A stretch of 55,581 nt of DNA, taken from the IMG/VR virus record IMGVR_UViG_3300032893_000059, positions 1-55,581 of that record. The stretch is one strand, 5' to 3'. Below are positions 35,922-44,865 of the stretch, piece by piece (the stretch's first letter is position 1; each line of letters begins with the position of its first letter). The notes below the pieces were generated by a model. That model was not told the DNA's origin and ran no database searches. It worked only from the letters and a program-made list of their open reading frames with translations. The translations under genes and the position numbers were made by a program. Source of the DNA: a virus (taxonomy: Duplodnaviria > Caudoviricetes).

Positions 35922-37274
35922 CTACTCCTTGAGTCTACGCGCGCGATAGCCCACATCAAGCTTGGACTGGACCCGCATCCAGATCAGGTGTTGGTACTTC
36001 GCGCTGGCCTCGTCTATCGTCATTCGGCCCGCCCGAATGGCCGCGACCACCTCGTCCTTGACCTCGGCCGCCGCCTTGTTCCACGTGCGCCTCAACGCAG
36101 GTACGCTGGGCCAGCCTGCCTGTGGGCGTTGAACCGAGTACGACCACACTTCTCGCGTGACCGCATTGCGACCGACCGCGCGGATCTCCCGTGCGTTGGC
36201 GTGCTCGGCCAGCTCGTAGTCTTGACGAGAAAGCGACGTGCCGTTCGGGTGATTGTGCGTGACGATGGCGTCGCGGTTCCTGAACGCTTCGAACTCCGCG
36301 ATGGTGAAGCCAACGCGGCTCTTGGTCCCGCCCTTGTGCACAAGCGCCTCGCCGGTCGGAGCCATGATGAGGGCATTCTCGCGCGGGGCATCGACGTGCG
36401 CGTCGGCGTGCTGCTGCAACGCCTTGGCCACTTCGGGAGCGTGGCCGTCCTGATCGAGGGTCGGCTCCGGCTCTGGCGCGGGCACCTCCTCGGGCACCGG
36501 CTTCGCCTTGGGCATGGGCGAGGGCTCGGCCGGTGCTGGAGTTGGAGCGGTGCGCGGCTCTGGCTCTCCCCAGCCACGACCCCTGAGCTCATCCAGCTTC
36601 GCCTCGAGGACTGCGCGCAGCTCCGGATCGATGTTGGTCAGGTCGGGCGACCAGTCCTTGCCCTGGCTACTGGGCTGGTTGCCGAAGCCTTCGTCGGCCT
36701 CAACGTCGGGAATGTCATTGCTGGAGGTAAGCCCCTCTTCGTCGGCTTCTTCGGGTGATAGAGCGTCGATGTTGCATTCGCACTGATGGTGCAAGGGCGC
36801 GTAGTGGGTCAGCCAGAACGGATGGTCAGCCGGAAGGATCACGCCGTGGCACTCGTGGCACAGCTCGCATTCCCGATCGTTGTCGGTGTCGTTGTAGCGC
36901 CAGAAAGGCCGCGCCTCCCGCACCGCTGGCGCGTTGTTGATCGCGTGCCGGCCCTCGGCGTAGGAGACCATCAAATTGGTACGGAAGATGGTCTCGATGC
37001 GGTTCGGGATCTCCCCGCCCCACTGGTCGATCAGTTTGTCGGCAACCTCGTCGCGAAAGTCCGTGATCGCTGTCCCCGTGGTCACTGCCTTGTCGATGGA
37101 GTCGAGCACCTGCTGCAGCACCTGGGTGCGAGCCACCTGGATGACCGTGAACGCGTGCTCGCGCTCCTGAGCCTGCATGGTGTCCCAGACCGCCCTCGGC
37201 ACGGGCACCCGCTTGCGAACGGCGTCGATGGCCTCGCGGTAGTGCTCGTGCTCGGGGATCTGCAGGTCGGGCAT
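35922..37274 (-). CDS. MuF-like minor head protein with C-terminal JAB/MPN-like domain
   Basis: RIETIFRTN...GR...HPFW..H.APLHHQCEC, a Pro-rich linker, then E...THNHP.GTSLS..D. Confidence 0.85.
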   Translation of the reverse strand: MPDLQIPEHEHYREAIDAVRKRVPVPRAVWDTMQAQEREHAFTVIQVARTQVLQQVLDSIDKAVTTGTAITDFRDEVADKLIDQWGGEIPNRIETIFRTNLMVSYAEGRHAINNAPAVREARPFWRYNDTDNDRECELCHECHGVILPADHPFWLTHYAPLHHQCECNIDALSPEEADEEGLTSSNDIPDVEADEGFGNQPSSQGKDWSPDLTNIDPELRAVLEAKLDELRGRGWGEPEPRTAPTPAPAEPSPMPKAKPVPEEVPAPEPEPTLDQDGHAPEVAKALQQHADAHVDAPRENALIMAPTGEALVHKGGTKSRVGFTIAEFEAFRNRDAIVTHNHPNGTSLSRQDYELAEHANAREIRAVGRNAVTREVWSYSVQRPQAGWPSVPALRRTWNKAAAEVKDEVVAAIRAGRMTIDEASAKYQHLIWMRVQSKLDVGYRARRLKE

Positions 37275-37283
37275 GCCTTGGTC

Positions 37284-38333
37284 TTATTCTTCGCCGACTG
37301 CCTTCCAGTTCGTCGCGCCTGTGCCGGTTTTGGTCCACGCTTTGGATCCGTCCACCGTCCTCGCGACCGACTGCAACGGAGCGTTCAGGCCGCTGACCGT
37401 GGGATCGAAGTCATTGGGAATGATCCCTAAAGTTGGCCCGCCCCGCACCACAGGATCGACTCCGTTCTGCATGCCGGTGTTTGTCCCAACCGACGTGACC
37501 GTGTTGGTGGTTGTCCGGCTCGAAGTCACAGTGGCGGTATTGGTTCCGGTTGCAGTGCCCGTTGCCGTTGCGGTGTTCGTGCCAGTCGCGGTGCTGGTGT
37601 CCGTGGACGTCTGTGTTTCCGTCGCGGTCTGGGTCGCGGTTCCGGTATCGGTATCCGTGGACAGGGCTGTGGTGGTGTCGGTGTAGGTCTCGCTATTGGT
37701 ATCGGTCAGGGTCACCGTCATGGTGTCTGTTAGGGTGATCGTGACCGTGGCCGTGGCCGTGATGGTCACCGTGTCGCTATTCGTATTGGTCAACGTGCTG
37801 GTGACCGTGCTGGTCGCCGTGTTGGTCACCGTCGCCGTTCGAGTGTTGGTGTCTGTCGCTGTGATCCGCGTCTGCAGCCGCCAAACGATCGGCACGTTGG
37901 CCGCCATGCCTGCGTCTTTGCTGCTGAGATAGACGACCCCACCGTCTGCTCCGGCCACTACCCTGGCCGAGTTGTTTGCCGCGATGGCGGCTAGTACAGC
38001 CGTCGCGCATCCGTCCGCTGTAGCACACGCCGTCCCCGTGCAGTTGATGCCATGGTCCGGCGTCCCTGCGTCGTCGCTAGTGCGATAGACCGTGTAGGTC
38101 GTGCCCGCCACTGTGACGGTGTCGCCCGAAACTGGATCCACGGGACAAATGGTGCTGCCCGTTGCGATCGAGCCGACAAGTAGCCTCGCCTCTTCACCAA
38201 CCAAAGCCTGCACCTTGGCGGCGGACACTCCCCACCAGGTCGCGATGGTCACCAATGGAGCCGCGACGCCCGCCAGGAGGGCCAGTGCTTTCGCGTTTGG
38301 GGAGGGAGGCCAGAGATTCGCCGCGACGCCCAC
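37284..38333 (-). CDS. Thr-repeat structural/surface protein
   Basis: About 120 residues of T-x-T-x alternation between globular domains. Confidence 0.7.
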   Translation of the reverse strand: MGVAANLWPPSPNAKALALLAGVAAPLVTIATWWGVSAAKVQALVGEEARLLVGSIATGSTICPVDPVSGDTVTVAGTTYTVYRTSDDAGTPDHGINCTGTACATADGCATAVLAAIAANNSARVVAGADGGVVYLSSKDAGMAANVPIVWRLQTRITATDTNTRTATVTNTATSTVTSTLTNTNSDTVTITATATVTITLTDTMTVTLTDTNSETYTDTTTALSTDTDTGTATQTATETQTSTDTSTATGTNTATATGTATGTNTATVTSSRTTTNTVTSVGTNTGMQNGVDPVVRGGPTLGIIPNDFDPTVSGLNAPLQSVARTVDGSKAWTKTGTGATNWKAVGEE

Positions 38334-38334
38334 G

Positions 38335-38733
38335 TTATGCCCCCGCTCCGTAGGCCACGTAGCCTACCGGCAGAATCCCAGAACCTCCACTCGACGGCGT
38401 GAACACCGCTCTGACCAGCAGCGCGGGCGAAAGAAACGGGATGAGAGTATCGACCTCACTGCCAGCCGGCTGGCTTGCCTCCTGGTAGTAGGAGGATTCA
38501 GGAATCGTGGCTCCGGATACGAGCGCGGCCGCCGCAGGAGCTGCGCCAGCTTCGGGGAAGTTGGTGCCCTCGACTGTCCACCTACCTGTTACGCCAGCTG
38601 GGGTGTGCAGATGCAGGGACATCGGTTTTCCGGGCACCGCCGGCAACCACTGCGTGACGATCGCTCGGTCCATCTGCATCGCAATGGATCCAGTGGCAGC
38701 GTCGTAAAACCTGAGAGCTTCTTGTCCGTACAT
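38335..38733 (-). CDS. Hypothetical beta-rich protein
   Basis: AAGGA RBS; operon position. Confidence 0.65.
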   Translation of the reverse strand: MYGQEALRFYDAATGSIAMQMDRAIVTQWLPAVPGKPMSLHLHTPAGVTGRWTVEGTNFPEAGAAPAAAALVSGATIPESSYYQEASQPAGSEVDTLIPFLSPALLVRAVFTPSSGGSGILPVGYVAYGAGA

Positions 38734-38754
38734 GATCGGTTCCTTTCTTTGTCG

Positions 38755-40413
38755 CTACCTCAGCACGTTCGCCAAGGCCGCCTCGCGTCCATGCAGTCGG
38801 GCCAGCAGGTTAGCTTGCTCGAACAGCTTCGCCATCTGGGCCAGGTCGGCACCACTGCGGCGGGCTTGGGCAACGATGGCCCGGCGCAGGTCTTCGAACG
38901 AGTGGGCGCCGTCGATGGCGGCAAGTACTTCCGTGATGAAGGGCCGCAGCATCTTGCTGGCCGCCCGGGCCGCCCGCTGCGCCTGCACCACCTGGTACTT
39001 CGCGACCTTGCGGGTTGCACTGGTGCCAGCGCGCAGGGCAACCGCTTCCGACAGCGCGCTCACGGCCCGCAGGTCAACCTGGTTGCCGCCTGGTGCTGGA
39101 GGCTGTCCCTCCTGCGGTTGGCCCTGGCCCGGCAGGGCAGGGGGCGCCGCCGGCCGTAGCGCTCGCATCTGCTCGAGCCGCGCCGCCAGCGCGTCGCCCT
39201 CGTTGATGGGCATGCCGTGCGCCTCGAGGATGGACACCACGTCGAGCTCGGGCGGGGCCTTCTCGATCGCGGTAACGATGGTGAGCAGCTCCTGCGCGTC
39301 GGCCAGCGGGTCGTCCGGCGTGCCGATCTGAGGCTCTGGGTAGGGCGCCAGCTCTGGGTCGCCGAGGTTGTGGTACGCATGCCAGCAAAGCACTTGGTCG
39401 CGCAGCCGCGGGAAGATCGCGGCGTCGTCTCGCTTGATGTCGGTGCGGGTCTTCTCGTGCACCTCACCCAGAGCGCGGTTGCCGTTGGCGGCCGTCGAGG
39501 TCGTCAGCTCCTGGCCCAACACGCGGATGGCGATGTCGGCATCCAGGCTTTTCTTGCGGTCGCCGAAGCACTGCCAACCCTCGCCCTTCAGCTCGTGCAG
39601 CTCGATGCCGTACCCGGGCTTTCCGAGCTTCTCGTCCCGCTGGGGCGTCATCACCGTGGGCTCGTTGCCCAGGCCTGCGAGCTGTCCCTTCCACCGCTCC
39701 TTGTCCGGCTCGCTTGCATCTGCTGGGTACTTCCCCTCCAGGATTGCCATGCCGTATTTCTCGTTACGGCGGGACCAGTCACGCTCGTTCCAGGTTCGGT
39801 CGATGAACTTCATGCCCAGTGAGCGAATGAGGCCCTGCATCCACGAGCGATGCCCGCCCCACATGAACCAGGCCCCATCGCCGCGCGGCTCCTCCTCGGT
39901 GTCGGGCATCATGATCTGCTGGCCCTCGAGCGTGACTACGAAGAACCGACGCTGCCCATGGTCCCAGCGCAAGTACTTCGGATGCCAGGGGATCACGCGC
40001 GGAGTAAAACTGTCCTTCGTTGGCGTCCACACGATCGGACCGAAGGCCACGCCCAAGCCGATTTTCCACCGCAGCAGCTCCTTGGCAGCATCGTGGGAAA
40101 CGATGCGATTCCACAGGCCGTCGTCGCGAGTCCGGTCGGCGCCCCCCATTGCGTCTGCCAACTTGGAGGCCTTCTGTTTCTCCAGACCTGGCTTGAAGAT
40201 CAGGTCCGCGCACATCAGGCCACCGACACGCGTCTCGACAACCGCGGCGATCCGATCGTCGGTCAGCATTTCCTCCCACAGCGGCGCCGAGTTGATGAAC
40301 GTCCCGTACTCGTGCTCTTCCATAATCTGGCGCAGCTGCCAGACGCTGTCAGTCTGCCGCCAGTTGGTCAGGATCGGAATCTGTGTGTACCGCTGCAGAC
40401 TCGGGGTCGACAT
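38755..40413 (-). CDS. Portal protein (DUF935/Mu gp29-like)
   Basis: EKYG.AILEGKY...IAIRVLGQELTT...ALGEVH; follows TerL. Confidence 0.92.
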   Translation of the reverse strand: MSTPSLQRYTQIPILTNWRQTDSVWQLRQIMEEHEYGTFINSAPLWEEMLTDDRIAAVVETRVGGLMCADLIFKPGLEKQKASKLADAMGGADRTRDDGLWNRIVSHDAAKELLRWKIGLGVAFGPIVWTPTKDSFTPRVIPWHPKYLRWDHGQRRFFVVTLEGQQIMMPDTEEEPRGDGAWFMWGGHRSWMQGLIRSLGMKFIDRTWNERDWSRRNEKYGMAILEGKYPADASEPDKERWKGQLAGLGNEPTVMTPQRDEKLGKPGYGIELHELKGEGWQCFGDRKKSLDADIAIRVLGQELTTSTAANGNRALGEVHEKTRTDIKRDDAAIFPRLRDQVLCWHAYHNLGDPELAPYPEPQIGTPDDPLADAQELLTIVTAIEKAPPELDVVSILEAHGMPINEGDALAARLEQMRALRPAAPPALPGQGQPQEGQPPAPGGNQVDLRAVSALSEAVALRAGTSATRKVAKYQVVQAQRAARAASKMLRPFITEVLAAIDGAHSFEDLRRAIVAQARRSGADLAQMAKLFEQANLLARLHGREAALANVLR

Positions 40414-40420
40414 ATGGCGG

Positions 40421-40449
40421 GTGGTACTCCCCGCCCACAGGACGGTCAA
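40421..40449 (-). promoter_or_regulatory. Promoter of the portal gene (possibly leaderless)
   Basis: TTGACC-17-TACCAC, 7 nt before the ATG. Confidence 0.55.
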
Positions 40450-40451
40450 GG

Positions 40452-41885
40452 TCAGCGCCGCGGGCGGTAGAGGCCGCTGGTCTGCTGGTAATGGAGCGGC
40501 TGATGCTTGCGCGCGATGTTGTAGGCGCCGGTCAGGCAGTCGACCTGGTTGTCCTTGCGTGCGCCGACACCGGTGAAACGCTGCACCTCCTTCAGGAAGG
40601 CCTTCACGTCCCAATCCACCTTCTCGGCGTGCGGGACGCTGATGAGCTGCCGAGCCCAAGCTGCGGCGGCCGGCTGCGCTCGCTGGAACTTGTCGCCCTC
40701 CGGGAAGTCCTCAGCGATGCGCAGCTCCGAGTCGATCTCGCGCAGCATCTGGGCGACGGCCTTGAAACCGGATACCGACTCGACCCAGGTCTCGACACCA
40801 CCGTGCTTTGTCTGGAAGGCGAGGAGCTCGCGCGCGTACTGCGGCACTGTCCAGTGTCCCTTTCTGACCTCGACCACGTGGCAGCGCATGTCGGGCCCGT
40901 AGCCCTCGCAGTCCAGCGCCAGCATCGCACCGTCGTCTGCCGTGGTCTTCTCGCTGGCAGCGGGGTCGCCGTAGATGATGCGCCGGTGCTCCGCCAGCGG
41001 GACGTCCCGGTAGGTCTCCACCCCGAACACATTGTGCCCGCGAGGCCTCGGCCTACCCTGGTAGAGGGCGGCGAAAGACCACTCGCCCATGATGGCGCGA
41101 ATCAGGGCCAGAGCCTCGGCGGTGTAGAGCGGATTTTCCGCCCAGAGCGCCTCGCCTGGTGCGCGTCCAAGCGGGTCGCCCTCTTCGGCCAGCGCGGCGA
41201 GGTTGATGTACTCGAAGCCCTTTTCATCCACAAGCCGCCCGACCATGTCGTCGGGGTTCCACCGCTGCATCACAGCCATGAAGGACCCGCCCTCTAACCG
41301 CGGAATCATGCCCTCGGTCAGCGTCGACCAGATCTGGTCGTTGTAGGCGTCGCTGTCGGCCTCCAGCCGGCTCTTGTACGGATCGTCGTACACCAGCCAG
41401 CCAGATACGCGACGGCCCATAATGCCGGCCTCCGCACCTGCGGCCAAGAACCGACCGCCTTCGCGCGTCTCCCATTCCCCGAGATTCTCGGCGCCCTCCA
41501 GATCTATGCCCGCACGGATGGCGAGATTGCGGGCCCGACGTGATTCCGACCACGCCTTGCGCTCGTTGTATGTCAGGTAGGCGTTGGTGTCGCCCCCGTG
41601 GTACTGCATCCACCAGGCGATACCGTTCAGCACGGTGAGCGTTTTCGCGTGGCCAGGAGGAAGCGATACGCAGGCGAACACCTGCTCGCGCTCTCCCCTT
41701 TCGAATAGATCGAGGAGCGGTTGAATGTGCCGAGGCGGCGGCAGGTGCGGGGACACGCGCCGGATGAAGTCCGCAGGTCGCTCGGGCGCGATCCAGTCCT
41801 GCAGCAGCTGCACGACGTGCGCGCGCTCGGTCGGGCTCATCCTGGGTAGCTCTGCGCGGATGCGCGCGAGCTGGGCCGCGTTCAC
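40452..41885 (-). CDS. terL: Terminase large subunit
   Basis: LPPGHAKT, VYDDPYK, MQRW..DD, DPA and DNQVD motifs. Confidence 0.95.
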   Translation of the reverse strand: MNAAQLARIRAELPRMSPTERAHVVQLLQDWIAPERPADFIRRVSPHLPPPRHIQPLLDLFERGEREQVFACVSLPPGHAKTLTVLNGIAWWMQYHGGDTNAYLTYNERKAWSESRRARNLAIRAGIDLEGAENLGEWETREGGRFLAAGAEAGIMGRRVSGWLVYDDPYKSRLEADSDAYNDQIWSTLTEGMIPRLEGGSFMAVMQRWNPDDMVGRLVDEKGFEYINLAALAEEGDPLGRAPGEALWAENPLYTAEALALIRAIMGEWSFAALYQGRPRPRGHNVFGVETYRDVPLAEHRRIIYGDPAASEKTTADDGAMLALDCEGYGPDMRCHVVEVRKGHWTVPQYARELLAFQTKHGGVETWVESVSGFKAVAQMLREIDSELRIAEDFPEGDKFQRAQPAAAAWARQLISVPHAEKVDWDVKAFLKEVQRFTGVGARKDNQVDCLTGAYNIARKHQPLHYQQTSGLYRPRR

Positions 41886-42358
41886 GGCGTGGCCTTCGGC
41901 TCCCCGACCACCGGCGCCGCCACTGCTACCGCCGCTGCCGTTGCTGGCGTTTTGCCTTCCTTGGCGTCGAGCGCGGCCAGCACTCGGTCGAGCTCCTGGC
42001 GAGTCTCGGCCGTGGTGGGCTTGCGGTCGGCGGCGAGCGGCTTGCCTCCGCTGGTGACGTCCACCTCCAGGCGCGCCTTGCCTTTGTAGTGGTCGATCAC
42101 GGTCTTGATGGCTTGGTCGCTGCCGTGCTCGGCCCGCGATATAGCCTTCAGGATGACCTTCCGAATGTGGGACACGCCGTGCGTGTCCTGCTCCTCGAGC
42201 ACGCTCACCACGTAATCGGAGCGCTCGCGCCCGTTCTTTCCCGTGGGGTTGCGGATCTCGCCCTTCTTGATCTTGTGCTTTTCGAGATTCGCCAGGCTGC
42301 GGGCGCGCCGTTCGGCCTTGGTCGTTGCCCTCTCGTTGCCAGGATGCGAAGTTGCCAC
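41882..42358 (-). CDS. terS: Terminase small subunit-like protein
   Basis: SLANL...KKGEIRNPTGK; directly precedes TerL. Confidence 0.75.
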   Translation of the reverse strand: MATSHPGNERATTKAERRARSLANLEKHKIKKGEIRNPTGKNGRERSDYVVSVLEEQDTHGVSHIRKVILKAISRAEHGSDQAIKTVIDHYKGKARLEVDVTSGGKPLAADRKPTTAETRQELDRVLAALDAKEGKTPATAAAVAVAAPVVGEPKATP

Positions 42359-42369
42359 CTTACGTCGGG

Positions 42370-42398
42370 GTGGTACTCCCCGAGGTCATGGGACGCAA
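42370..42398 (-). promoter_or_regulatory. Promoter of the terminase operon
   Basis: TTGCGT-17-TACCAC; shares CGGGGAGTACCACCC with the portal promoter. Confidence 0.55.
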
Positions 42399-42470
42399 GG
42401 ATTGCAAGGTCGGGTGGCCTGCTGGTGGCCTGGCGCTCGACCTGCGGAAGCCTACGCGGTCACCATCAGG

Positions 42471-43313
42471 TCACTGCTCCGCCCGGGCCTCTATGTCCCG
42501 CAGGAGCAAGAGAATCCACAGGCAATCGTTGCCATCCACCTCAAAAGACCGGGCATTGCGCACAGCCTCGTCGACGTCCTGGACGGTTACGGTCGAGCTC
42601 GTCTGGGGATCGTGGTTGGCTTCGATGCACTCCTGCACACGGGAGATCTTTGGGTCGTCGGGTTTGGACACCTTGACCCCGTTCTCCTTCGCCTTCGCCT
42701 CGGCTCTTTCGATGGTCTCGTCTGCCGCTCGCAGTTCCCGCTGCGCCTCGTAGATGGCGGACTTGTTGAGCACGCCACCGATGCGCGAGTACTTCTTCTC
42801 TTTCGCGATCTCCGTCTTCGCGCGGGCTCTTCGATCCTCGGCCAATGCGGCTCGATACCCAAGCACCGCGCCCATCCAGCTCTTGATTGCTTCGGGCTGG
42901 CGCTCGGCTATCGCCTGCCGACGACGCTGCCCGTCTTCCTGAGCCACCTTCCTGGCATGGGCGCGTTCAGCGTCCTGCGCGGCCTGGACGCGTGCCCGAG
43001 CCTGCGCTTGCTCGGCTTTGGCCTGAGCGCCGTTCGCCTCCAGCGAGCACATCGTCACCACCAACTTCGGGCCCGCGAGCTTGCGAATCCCCTTGTCTGC
43101 GCAGGCGCGAAACGTGTCGTCGTAGAGACTCCAGTTAACCACGCCGTCGGGCCGGGTGTACTGCCGTTGGTACTCCTGCATTATAGCGGGGTTGGCGCGG
43201 GCCCACTCCGCGGCCGGGTTCCACTGCGCGGGTGCCGGCTGCCCTGCGGACGCCCTTGTCATCGCCGTAACGGCGAGAATGACCGACGGTGCTGATGCCA
43301 TCGACAGCTTCAT
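42471..43313 (-). CDS. Exported coiled-coil hypothetical protein
   Basis: Signal-peptide-like N-terminus; AGGAGG RBS. Confidence 0.65.
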   Translation of the reverse strand: MKLSMASAPSVILAVTAMTRASAGQPAPAQWNPAAEWARANPAIMQEYQRQYTRPDGVVNWSLYDDTFRACADKGIRKLAGPKLVVTMCSLEANGAQAKAEQAQARARVQAAQDAERAHARKVAQEDGQRRRQAIAERQPEAIKSWMGAVLGYRAALAEDRRARAKTEIAKEKKYSRIGGVLNKSAIYEAQRELRAADETIERAEAKAKENGVKVSKPDDPKISRVQECIEANHDPQTSSTVTVQDVDEAVRNARSFEVDGNDCLWILLLLRDIEARAEQ

Positions 43314-43508
43314 GTTCTCCTCCTTGGCCGCCGCCCTTTGTTCACATGGGAACTGCCAAGTGATTGTCTCTCAAATTTCCCGGCGACGCCAGTGCTCGCG
43401 CGGCGACTTGCACGCCCGTCGCGCGGGACCGCGGCCCGCGATAGGGCCACTCGCAGCAGGTCCGCGATATCATTCTCGGGCCCGCCATCGAGGCACATGC
43501 CTCTTGCC

Positions 43509-43709
43509 CTACGCATCGGCGACCTCTGCGAGCAGGGCGCCGTACTTGGCTTGTACCCTGGACAGCGAGAGCTTGCCGTCGCCGATGAGCGCGCACAGGC
43601 GCTCCTGGATACGTTTCCGGCCCGCCAGGCGGAGGATCGCCCGCTGATCGTCGGTCAGCTCGGCCGGACGGATGATCCAGTAAGTGCCGATGTCGCGCGG
43701 GAGAGTCAT
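43509..43709 (-). CDS. Hypothetical protein
   Basis: ATGA overlap; AGGAG RBS. Confidence 0.55.
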   Translation of the reverse strand: MTLPRDIGTYWIIRPAELTDDQRAILRLAGRKRIQERLCALIGDGKLSLSRVQAKYGALLAEVADA

Positions 43710-43876
43710 GCCAGCATCTCCTCGTCCGTGAGCGCCGGCATCTCGCGGGTGATGGCGCACTCGGTTTCAAAGCACTCGTCCCGGTAGGTCTTCGGGGTGC
43801 AGAGCAGTTGCTCCACGGTCTCCGCTGGAATCTCCTGGGTCTGGCTGAGCCGTCGTCGCGTTGTCGTTGTCATCAT
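43706..43876 (-). CDS. 56-aa acidic hypothetical protein
   Basis: MMTTTTRRRLSQ...EEMLA directly after a promoter; not in the ORF track. Confidence 0.5.
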   Translation of the reverse strand: MMTTTTRRRLSQTQEIPAETVEQLLCTPKTYRDECFETECAITREMPALTDEEMLA

Positions 43877-43911
43877 GATGTTAATGCTAGCACGTCGCTA
43901 GCGCTAGTCAA
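43877..43911 (-). promoter_or_regulatory. Promoter/operator, copy 1 of an AGCGACRTGCTAGCAWTAACA pair
   Basis: TTGACT-16-TAGCAT-7-ATG. Confidence 0.6.
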
Positions 43912-44416
43912 GGTGGAATCGGTCCCACCAAAGAAACCCGGTCTGACACTTTCTGGAAACTGTAGCGATTCTCACGGCTTCCTTAAATTCGCCAGACACA
44001 CGGCAGAGGCCACGAGCCGCTCTTGAAAGATGCTGAGCCGAACATCCGACCACGAATGCCAAGCTTTTGAGCGTATGGCCTGCATTCTTTGCCACCCGCC
44101 GCAGACTCCTCGTATTTGGTTCGCAGTTCGGAAACCCGCCCTTTTTGATCTTCCTGTTGATGAGCCGGCCAACTTTAGAGTAGTGCCGCAGCCACCTGCT
44201 TTCAGCGCTGGCGGCCCATCGCAACGGCGCCCATTCGAGCGTCTTAAAGACCGGCTCTTCATGGAGTCCAGCGACCCAGGACCTCGTCACCCGATCCCAA
44301 CCCAGCCGGTGGCTCCTCGCCCGCGCTTCTGGATATCGTGTCGCTCCGACGTACCTTGTCTCACCCGTCGCCGGATCCTGGAGCGCGTAAACGCACACCA
44401 GCTCCTGAGTAACCAT
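43904..44416 (-). CDS. GIY-YIG endonuclease fused to an XRE-like HTH
   Basis: CVYAL.DP....RYVGAT...R..SH...E..W...LIN, plus TLKSLA..VGCS..HLSR. Confidence 0.8.
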   Translation of the reverse strand: MVTQELVCVYALQDPATGETRYVGATRYPEARARSHRLGWDRVTRSWVAGLHEEPVFKTLEWAPLRWAASAESRWLRHYSKVGRLINRKIKKGGFPNCEPNTRSLRRVAKNAGHTLKSLAFVVGCSAQHLSRAARGLCRVSGEFKEAVRIATVSRKCQTGFLWWDRFHLD

Positions 44417-44695
44417 CTACTCCACCCGCAGGCCGGGCCAGTTCTCCTTGTTCGCCCCGAACCCTTCGGGATGTTTGGCTGATCGCGTGGCCGCTCGTAC
44501 CCGCTGTGCCAACTCCATTGAGATGGTGCGATCGCCTTTCCGCGCCTGAGTCAAAAGAGGTCCGGAGCAACCGACGCGTGAGGCCAGATCGCGCAGCGTC
44601 AAGCCAGCATCGCTTGCGTACTCCACGAGCGAGTTCTTGCTTTGTCCCCTTGCCATCTTCAATCGAGCTGCTTGCGAGACTTGTGTTTTCGACAT
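44417..44695 (-). CDS. XRE-like HTH regulator
   Basis: GLTLRDLASRVGCSGPLLTQARKG; ATG 44695 follows a promoter. Confidence 0.75.
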   Translation of the reverse strand: MSKTQVSQAARLKMARGQSKNSLVEYASDAGLTLRDLASRVGCSGPLLTQARKGDRTISMELAQRVRAATRSAKHPEGFGANKENWPGLRVE

Positions 44696-44731
44696 ACTGT
44701 TATTGCTAGCATGTCGCTTACGCGCGGTCAA
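44696..44731 (-). promoter_or_regulatory. Promoter/operator, copy 2
   Basis: TTGACC-17-TAGCAA-7-ATG. Confidence 0.6.
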
Positions 44732-44865
44732 CTCTTCTTCGGCCAGGGCAAGCCTGCGCTCCAGGTCGGCAATCCTCGCCTCGAGCACGGCGATCAGGTC
44801 GTCGGAGGTTCCCGGCACGAGCGGCACCCTAGCCCGATCGGGCGTACCATGCAAAGGAGGCCTCG

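Noticed and set aside
29084-40413. Transposable (Mu-type) phage lifestyle
   Set aside because: The head genes are Mu-like, but no DDE transposase or MuB was seen; a tyrosine recombinase and an initiator/loader pair are present instead
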